A DNA stretch of 64,000 nt. Source: Phormidesmis sp. (lineage in GTDB: Bacteria; Cyanobacteriota; Cyanobacteriia; Leptolyngbyales; Leptolyngbyaceae). The stretch is from assembly GCA_965248535.1 (NCBI GenBank), contig CBDFJR010000002.1:736001-800000 (forward strand). Direction: 5' to 3'. The first letter of the stretch is position 1. The number at the start of each line of letters is the position of its first letter. Made by a program: the position numbers and the translations under genes. The notes under the pieces are model-generated. The model was not told where the DNA came from. It was given only the letters and a program-made list of their open reading frames with translations, and searched no databases. Below are positions 57,671 to 64,000 of the stretch, in pieces.

Positions 57671-58699
57671 TTACGCTGAATTGGGGCGGGCCGGATCGGG
57701 GGATCGATCGGAAAAGCGATCGAGATAGCGTCTCAGCTCAAAAAATTTCAGCAGGGATGCTAATGGCGTGGTCTCAGCCGTGGGGGTGGTCGTGGCGATC
57801 GTGTCAACCGTCGCTGGAGTTAGATAGCGAAACACCTCATGGGTCAGGGTTGAGCGCACCGCTTCGGGCAGCCCTTGAAGCTCAATCTTGAGTCTGGCAA
57901 GCCGACTTTTGGCGAAGGCTACCTGAAAGCGAGACCGCTTGAGGAGGCGCTGTTGAATCGCATGGTAGAGGGGATCGTCCGATGTAAGTTGATCGAGGCT
58001 GCCGTCTAAAAGATGGGGAATCACGTCTAGATTTTCTTCCAAAAATAACAGACTGCCCTCCTGGTTATAGCTATCGAGTCCGTCAATGCCTAAGGCCCCA
58101 ATATCCGCCAAGGCTAGAATTTGCGCGACGATCGCGACAGGCGGCTTAGAGTGGTATAAATTAGCCTGATAGATGGCTTGCTCGGTTGGATCGTAGGTGC
58201 AGATCGTGGACTCGATCGCAGCTTGAATGGTAGCAATATCGTCATCGGTGACGATGGCCAGACTGTTAGGGTCACGGGTTCGCAATTGCTGATTTAAAGC
58301 GTGAACATAACTGAGCAGTCGATCGAGGGTTGCCCGCTCGCTCACCCCTGATTCTCGCCGCCGCGAGGCAGACTGGTTAGGTTGATCCACAAATATCTGA
58401 ATCATGTCATGAGCCGCCACACACAGATCAAGCAGCAACTCGGTTCGAGGCAGGTCAAAGGCTGGCCCCGATCGCCCCTCTAAATAGGGATAGACGACCT
58501 GAGAAATCTGGGTAGCTCGCCGTCTGACTGTTTTTAAATGATCACGGGTGTGATAATAAAGCTGCTTTTCCACAACTTCGCGATCAAATTCCTGCAATGC
58601 AAACGCTTTAATCTGAGCAATGCTCTCGTCAATGCTTTGAGGAATCTCTAACCAACAGTCTGGAGAATAAACAGACGATCGTAAAGAATTTTGATTCAT
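57671..58699 (-). CDS. HD-superfamily metal-dependent phosphohydrolase-like protein
   Basis: LYYHTRDH...AAHDM...LALADIG motif spacing. Confidence 0.6.
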   Translation of the reverse strand: MNQNSLRSSVYSPDCWLEIPQSIDESIAQIKAFALQEFDREVVEKQLYYHTRDHLKTVRRRATQISQVVYPYLEGRSGPAFDLPRTELLLDLCVAAHDMIQIFVDQPNQSASRRRESGVSERATLDRLLSYVHALNQQLRTRDPNSLAIVTDDDIATIQAAIESTICTYDPTEQAIYQANLYHSKPPVAIVAQILALADIGALGIDGLDSYNQEGSLLFLEENLDVIPHLLDGSLDQLTSDDPLYHAIQQRLLKRSRFQVAFAKSRLARLKIELQGLPEAVRSTLTHEVFRYLTPATVDTIATTTPTAETTPLASLLKFFELRRYLDRFSDRSPDPARPNSA

Positions 58700-58856
58700 G
58701 AACGCGTATGCTGCTGATGGCAGGCGAGAAGTGCTGCTATCAGACTGACATCCTCAATTGTCTCCTGAGGAATGGAAGAGATTGCCTACCTTGAGACAGA
58801 ATTCGTGGCGATCGATCGGGCTTAGGAAGCTTTTCAAGACTGGGGCAAGCCGTCGG

Positions 58857-60182
58857 TTAGTTACGATCGACCCTATCTAAACGCGCTAGCGCCTGGACTG
58901 TCTCAAGCTCAGAGTCAGAACCCCGTTGGCGCACAGAATAAAAATTGTCGAGATCCAAAAGCGTGTGAAGCAGTGTGTTTGCCCCCTGGGTGCACTGTTC
59001 TGGCGAGGTGTATTCTGCTTCTGAATGGCTCACTCCTGCCCGACTCGGCACAAAAATCATCCCCATATCGGTGATCCGGCCAATTTCTAGAGCGTCGTGA
59101 CCTGCTCGACTGGGCAGATGATGGTAGCTCAACCCCAAACGCTGACAGACAGATGCGATCGTGGTTTGCAGGTGATCTGCGGCAGGGGTTGGCTCGACGC
59201 ACAAGAGCGGTGCCATCTTGATCTGAGTGTGGGTGTCAGCCGCAATAAACTTCAAGTCTTCTTTGAGTTGCTCTACCATGTCATCTAGACACGCTTTTGA
59301 GAGGTCGCGCATATCTACAGTCAGGTCTACGTTGCCCGCCACACTGTTGACTGAGTTAGGTGAAACGGTTAGATATCCCACCGTTGCGACGGGATTGCTG
59401 GGCATTCTTCGAGCCAGATTTCGCACCGTGAGAATCACTTGAGCCGCCGCTACTAGGGCATCTTGCCGCCCGTCCATGGGGGTTGTTCCAGCATGGTTCT
59501 CTTGTCCAACAATGGTGATCACTTTACGTCGAATTCCAACAACCCCTTGAACAATGCCAATCTGATTTGCAGTTTTTTCTAAGACGGCCCCTTGCTCTAC
59601 GTGAAGCTCGATAAATGCAGCTAGGTCTGAGGAGTTTCGTTTTGCCGTTGCTAGTTCGTCCCAGTTTCCTCCAATGATTTCCAGGCAGTCTTGAATCGAG
59701 TCTCCGGGTTTGGGCTGGTAGCGATCGGGCGAGTTGAGGAGCGCTGTGCCTGCGATCGCTTGACTGCCAATCATGGTGCTTTCTTCATCGGTGAACACGA
59801 TCACCTCGATCGGATGGTTGAGTCGCAGATTGTTTTCTCGCAGGGTTCTCACGACTTCAATGCCTGCTACGACTCCCAGGGCCCCATCAAACCGCCCCCC
59901 AGTTGGAACAGTGTCAAGATGCGATCCGGTGGCTAAGGCTGGCGCGCCTGCAATGGTTCCGGCATAGGTGCCCATCAAGTTTCCGGCTGCATCCGTGCGG
60001 ACTGTCATGCCTGATTCTGCCATCCACTGCTGCACCAGATAGCGAGCTTGCAAATCTTCGGGTGTGAAGGCAAGGCGGCGAATGCAGCCAGAGGGTTGGT
60101 GGCCTATTTTGGCGAGGCGGTTGATGTGATGGTTGAGGCGATCGCCATTCACCGTCAAGATCGAAGTCACTGTCATTGTCAT
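58857..60182 (-). CDS. Zn-dependent hydantoinase/carbamoylase family amidohydrolase (M20, allantoate amidohydrolase-like)
   Basis: GSHLDTVPTGGRFDG, TDEE, ELHVEQG, NHAGTTPM, AGHDA, GVSHSEAE. Confidence 0.92.
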   Translation of the reverse strand: MTMTVTSILTVNGDRLNHHINRLAKIGHQPSGCIRRLAFTPEDLQARYLVQQWMAESGMTVRTDAAGNLMGTYAGTIAGAPALATGSHLDTVPTGGRFDGALGVVAGIEVVRTLRENNLRLNHPIEVIVFTDEESTMIGSQAIAGTALLNSPDRYQPKPGDSIQDCLEIIGGNWDELATAKRNSSDLAAFIELHVEQGAVLEKTANQIGIVQGVVGIRRKVITIVGQENHAGTTPMDGRQDALVAAAQVILTVRNLARRMPSNPVATVGYLTVSPNSVNSVAGNVDLTVDMRDLSKACLDDMVEQLKEDLKFIAADTHTQIKMAPLLCVEPTPAADHLQTTIASVCQRLGLSYHHLPSRAGHDALEIGRITDMGMIFVPSRAGVSHSEAEYTSPEQCTQGANTLLHTLLDLDNFYSVRQRGSDSELETVQALARLDRVDRN

Positions 60183-60204
60183 GTCCTTGATTTAATTCCT
60201 GTAA

Positions 60205-60945
60205 TTAATGAAAGAGAACTGAATGAGATTGCGAAGTTGGATAGGCTAAATCACCTACTTTGCTGGTTCCAAGTCTTAGCCCTACTAGGGCCTCTACGAA
60301 TTTGACGGCGGCGCTGACTCCATCAATCACCGGAATTCCCAATTCTTGACTTAGTTGGGAGGGTAGATCTGCCATGCCGCCACAGCCCAGCACGATCGCG
60401 CCACAGTGATCTTCTTTGAGCGCCAGACGGCATTCTTGTAAAATTGCAGTTCTCGCCTGGGGCGTTTCTAAACTCAAAACGGGTAGGTCGATCGCTCGCA
60501 CCTTGTGACAAAATCGCGTCATTCCATAGGTGTCAACCAGATGTTGAGCCATGACCCGTGTGCGCCCTAGCGTGGTGACAATCGAGAACCCAGTGGCGAT
60601 AAAACTGGCAGCGTGCATAGCGGCTTCGGCAATGCCTAACACGGGGCCCTTGGCCAACTCCCGCGCTGCTAGCAGCCCCGGATCGCCAAAGCAGGCAATC
60701 ACATATCCATCGATTGCCTCGGCTTCTCCTTTGCGAATCTCTTCTAAAACCCCAACGACACTTAACGCTTCGTCATAATGTCCCTCGATCGCGGCAGGGC
60801 CCGAGACTGGATTGCAGGCCACGATCGCCGTTCCAGGGCTGGCAGCCAATTTTGCGGCAGCCCCGATTTTCTCAGTCATGCGGGCAGTGGTGTTGGGGTT
60901 GATGACTTTGATTTTCATAGAAATGGGTGAACTCTCAAGCAGCAA
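60205..60945 (-). CDS. Asp/Glu/hydantoin racemase family (allantoin racemase-like)
   Basis: VINPNTT..MT, IACFGDPG, VLGCGGM, PVIDGV; start may be the ATG near 60918. Confidence 0.92.
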   Translation of the reverse strand: MLLESSPISMKIKVINPNTTARMTEKIGAAAKLAASPGTAIVACNPVSGPAAIEGHYDEALSVVGVLEEIRKGEAEAIDGYVIACFGDPGLLAARELAKGPVLGIAEAAMHAASFIATGFSIVTTLGRTRVMAQHLVDTYGMTRFCHKVRAIDLPVLSLETPQARTAILQECRLALKEDHCGAIVLGCGGMADLPSQLSQELGIPVIDGVSAAVKFVEALVGLRLGTSKVGDLAYPTSQSHSVLFH

Positions 60946-61001
60946 TCACTGACGATGATCTCTGCGATCGAGGGCTGGGAGTGCCTGACTTTTATTTGTG
61001 T

Positions 61002-61037
61002 ATGTATACATTTATAGCATACAAATTTTGTATACAA
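61002..61037. promoter_or_regulatory. Tandem GntR-type operator palindromes upstream of the racemase operon
   Basis: ATGTATACAT (61002-61011) and TTGTATACAA (61028-61037). Confidence 0.7.
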
Positions 61038-61150
61038 TCCTCAAGCAATCGAACCACGACTCAACCTACGAGGCACTAGAGGGTTAGGGTCGGACTAACG
61101 GCGGATCACTATTTCTCGATTTGGAGTGCTATTTTGATCATCACTCCGAC

Positions 61151-61888
61151 TTACGAGAGAGAGGGAATTCTCGCGTTTAGGAGATCCACCAAACTGGTGG
61201 GCTTTTTAAGGGAAGCACGAGCGTTTAAGGCTTTCTCGATGCCATCTAAATGGCGCATCGCGGCGGCAACTGCGGCTTCTTCATTGCCCGATGCAATGTA
61301 GTCTAAGATTTCACTGTGTTCATCTTTGGTGCAGATGGGCATATTGCTGACTTCATAGAAAAATGCCAGGGACGTTTGGGGCACTAATTCTTTTAAAAAC
61401 CTGCCGAGAAATTTATTCCGACCCAGATCGGCAAGCTGCATGTGGAATTGAGCCGATAGCCGCGTCAACCGAGGCATATCTTGCGCTTCACAGGCTTGGC
61501 GTTCTTCGGTAACCAGTTTTCTGAGCGCAGCAATTTGTTTGCGGGTGATGGTTTTGGTAACATCTCGAACGATCGCCGCTTCGGTTAACCGCCACGCCTC
61601 ATAAATTTGCTTAGACTCTTCTAGCGAAAGGCTAGACACAAAAGCTCCCCGATTGGGTTCTAGCTTGACTAAGCGATCGTGAGACAACCGTTGCAGCACC
61701 TGCCGAACAATGGTGCGGCTCACGCCATAGTGCTCTGCCAAAAGACTCTCGCCTAGCTTTGTTTCTGGCGGCAGTCTGCGCTCTAAGATCGAGCTATAAA
61801 GCTCTGCGTAAATAACCTCTTCGGTCGGCTTTGACTTGGGTTGAGTCGGCAACTGTGCATCGGGCATAGATGAGTTGAGCTTTGGCAA
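61151..61888 (-). CDS. GntR family (FCD) transcriptional regulator
   Basis: KLGESLLAEHYGVSRTIVRQVL...PNRGAFV; FH..LA, EH..I, HL. Confidence 0.93.
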   Translation of the reverse strand: MPKLNSSMPDAQLPTQPKSKPTEEVIYAELYSSILERRLPPETKLGESLLAEHYGVSRTIVRQVLQRLSHDRLVKLEPNRGAFVSSLSLEESKQIYEAWRLTEAAIVRDVTKTITRKQIAALRKLVTEERQACEAQDMPRLTRLSAQFHMQLADLGRNKFLGRFLKELVPQTSLAFFYEVSNMPICTKDEHSEILDYIASGNEEAAVAAAMRHLDGIEKALNARASLKKPTSLVDLLNARIPSLS

Positions 61889-62164
61889 AGAGTTTATAAA
61901 TCACAGAACGAATTAGCAGAAGATGATCACCCATCTTTGCTCCCCATCGCTATATTAACTGTCGAAACCGCCCAAGGGTGATCCTCCCGTTTTGGAGTTG
62001 CCCGATCGCGTTCTAAGGTTGCAATCAATGGCTAATCGCCTGAGAAGATTTTGCGGAGAGCGATCGCATCTAGCTCGATCGCCTTCAGAATCTCCACGCC
62101 CTTGAGCAAAATTGCTGAATGTATCGCAAAACACTTTTTTGAACTTGAAAATCGCGTACAAAAT

Positions 62165-62174
62165 TTGTATACAA
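62165..62174. promoter_or_regulatory. GntR-type operator palindrome in the divergent gntR/ABC promoter region
   Basis: TTGTATACAA identical to the site at 61028, with flanking TACAA half-sites. Confidence 0.7.
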
Positions 62175-62415
62175 TCTTCGTCTACAATTCAGTTTGCAAA
62201 GATTGTATCGAGAATGCCAGTTTTACAACTTCATTGGGTCTAATAGTTGACTAGTCATTGACGAAAAATTCTCCAGACGTTCGCTGCCTCCCTCAGCAGC
62301 AGTTCTTTAACAGACCCTGATCAGGGGTTCTCACCCTAGAGCATCCCTTGTCCAGATCTTCACTGAGTTCATCAGGTTTCATCACGACATCCATTTTTTC
62401 TATGTAGGAGCAATT

Positions 62416-63615
62416 ATGACGATTGACACCGGAAGAAAAACCCTTGGAGTCAACAAAACTACCTCATCTTCTACCACCGATATTCAGCAAGCTTTGGCGC
62501 AAGCGGCTGCTGGGGTCTCTCTACGATCGATTACCAAAAAATATGGGTCTGTGACCGCCGTTGAAAACATCACCCTCGACATTCCGGCTGGCAAATACTG
62601 TTGTCTGCTGGGGCCGAGCGGCTGTGGTAAAACAACTGTTTTGAGAATGATTGCCGGACACGAAGAGATTAGCAGTGGAGACATCCTCATCGGCGATCAG
62701 CGGGTCAACAATCTGCCAGCCGCCAAACGCAACACCTCAATGATGTTTCAAAGCTATGCTCTGTTTCCTCACAAAACTATTTGGGAAAACATTGAGTTTG
62801 GGTTGAAAATGCGGAACGTGCCGGACTCAGAGCGCCGCGCCCGCGTCGGAGAGATTTTAGAAATGATTGGTCTGAGTCACACCGCCGATCGCCGACCCAC
62901 CCAACTCAGCGGCGGGCAACAACAGCGCATTGCTCTAGCGCGGGCCCTCGTCACCCGCCCTCAAGTGTTGATGCTAGACGAACCCCTCAGCGCCCTAGAT
63001 GAAAATCTGCGGGTGCGGATGCGAACTGAACTTCGCAAGATCCAAAAGCAATTTGGTTTGACCTTTATTCAGGTCACGCACCACGTTGAAGAAGCCTTTT
63101 CTCTGTCTGACATGGTGGTCGTGATGACCCACGGGCGGCTCGATCAAGTGGCCACACCCGATGAATTGTACGATCGCCCCGGTTCTCAGTTTGTTGCCAA
63201 GTTCATGGGCGACAACAATATCTTCAGCGGCAAAGTGAACACCGTCGTCACTGATGCTGAACTAGAAGTCATTCAGCTAGAAACAGAGGGGTTGGGGCCC
63301 CTATACTGTCGCGGCTACTCTAGCCCAGTCGGGACAGAAGCCGCTTGCTCGGTGCGTCCTGATCTCCTTCACGTTGAGGCTTACAACCCAGAGATTCCGG
63401 TTAAGTCAACCCTAGCAGGCAATCAGGTGGTGGCTCGCATTACCGCCGTCGAAATGACTGGGTATGTGACGCGAGTTTCGCTCATGGCTGAGGCAACCGG
63501 ACAAGAACTGCTCTATAAAGCCCGCACCAATGACTGGAACTGTAATGCCCTGGGTGAGGGACAGTTAGTGGTTCTCAGTTGGTCAAAAGATGATTGCGTT
63601 TTTCTGCCCTACTAG
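62416..63615 (+). CDS. ABC transporter ATP-binding protein (PotA/CysA-like, with TOBE domain)
   Basis: GPSGCGKTT, FQSYALFPH, LSGGQQQR, LDEPLSALD; AGGAG RBS. Confidence 0.93.
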   Translation: MTIDTGRKTLGVNKTTSSSTTDIQQALAQAAAGVSLRSITKKYGSVTAVENITLDIPAGKYCCLLGPSGCGKTTVLRMIAGHEEISSGDILIGDQRVNNLPAAKRNTSMMFQSYALFPHKTIWENIEFGLKMRNVPDSERRARVGEILEMIGLSHTADRRPTQLSGGQQQRIALARALVTRPQVLMLDEPLSALDENLRVRMRTELRKIQKQFGLTFIQVTHHVEEAFSLSDMVVVMTHGRLDQVATPDELYDRPGSQFVAKFMGDNNIFSGKVNTVVTDAELEVIQLETEGLGPLYCRGYSSPVGTEAACSVRPDLLHVEAYNPEIPVKSTLAGNQVVARITAVEMTGYVTRVSLMAEATGQELLYKARTNDWNCNALGEGQLVVLSWSKDDCVFLPY

Positions 63616-63727
63616 CTGCTAGCAGCGCATTTTGTGAAAGTCTTCTCACAGGAGTTATTCATCTTCTTTGTGAGATTGCTGTGCAAATTTTTTTCATGGT
63701 CTCTATCGTGTGTGAGCCTTAATCGCA

Positions 63728-64000
63728 ATGTCAAAAATCAGTCGTCGTCAAGTGATTAGAACCGGGCTAGCTGCTGGGGCAATGGTCGCCGCCGCAAGCT
63801 GTAGCCCCAAAAAAGAAGCCGCGATCGGAGGCGGCTCACCGGGAGTGATCACCAATTCTTATAAAGATGTCACCCTGCGGTTTATTGGCACCGGGGCCGC
63901 CCAAAGCAAAGAAATTAAGGCCCAAGCCGAAAAAGATTTGGGCTTCAAGATTCAACTCCGGGCGCTAGGCACCGAAGAAAACAATCAGATCGCCATTACT
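63728..64000 (+). CDS. ABC substrate-binding lipoprotein with Tat signal (truncated by window edge)
   Basis: MSKISRRQVIRTGLAAGAMVAAASC: twin-arginine motif plus lipobox; open to the window end. Confidence 0.75.
   Translation, partial: MSKISRRQVIRTGLAAGAMVAAASCSPKKEAAIGGGSPGVITNSYKDVTLRFIGTGAAQSKEIKAQAEKDLGFKIQLRALGTEENNQIAIT

Noticed and set aside
62200..62415. Riboswitch upstream of the ABC ATPase
   Set aside because: Only a short ccctgatcaggg palindrome; no recognisable aptamer consensus

Overview
Chromosomal segment of a cyanobacterium, inferred from abundant HIP1 octamers (GCGATCGC), heptamer tandem repeats and typical cyanobacterial gene families; probably a filamentous lineage. Core content: a branched-chain/neutral amino acid ABC operon, murG, comEC, tRNA-Ser(CGA), the hybrid kinase-adenylate cyclase cyaC flanked by two TonB-like genes, tRNA-Gly(TCC), arfB, sat, gor, def, ftsX, rpsA, and a GntR-controlled hydantoin/allantoin-type catabolic cluster with an ABC transporter running off the right end. 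The standout is an 18.3-kb gene for a 6090-aa exoprotein (leukotoxin/haemagglutinin-like beta-repeat stalk, RTX repeats, a recently amplified 7-blade FG-GAP propeller) followed directly by a non-TpsB outer-membrane beta-barrel gene. Its N-terminus shares a position-matched leader (DLxRSPLQ at residues 9-16, plus a second block) with a DUF4347/FG-GAP exoprotein 16 kb away, which hints at an undescribed export or targeting signal. Also seen: a CRP-like site, a coupled uORF and an in-frame heptamer repeat at cyaC, GTAG-type REP palindromes, a decayed BrnT toxin beside an intact partner gene, a TPR remnant, and two single-base frameshifts that may be assembly errors. Family assignments are from motif recognition only; no searches were run.
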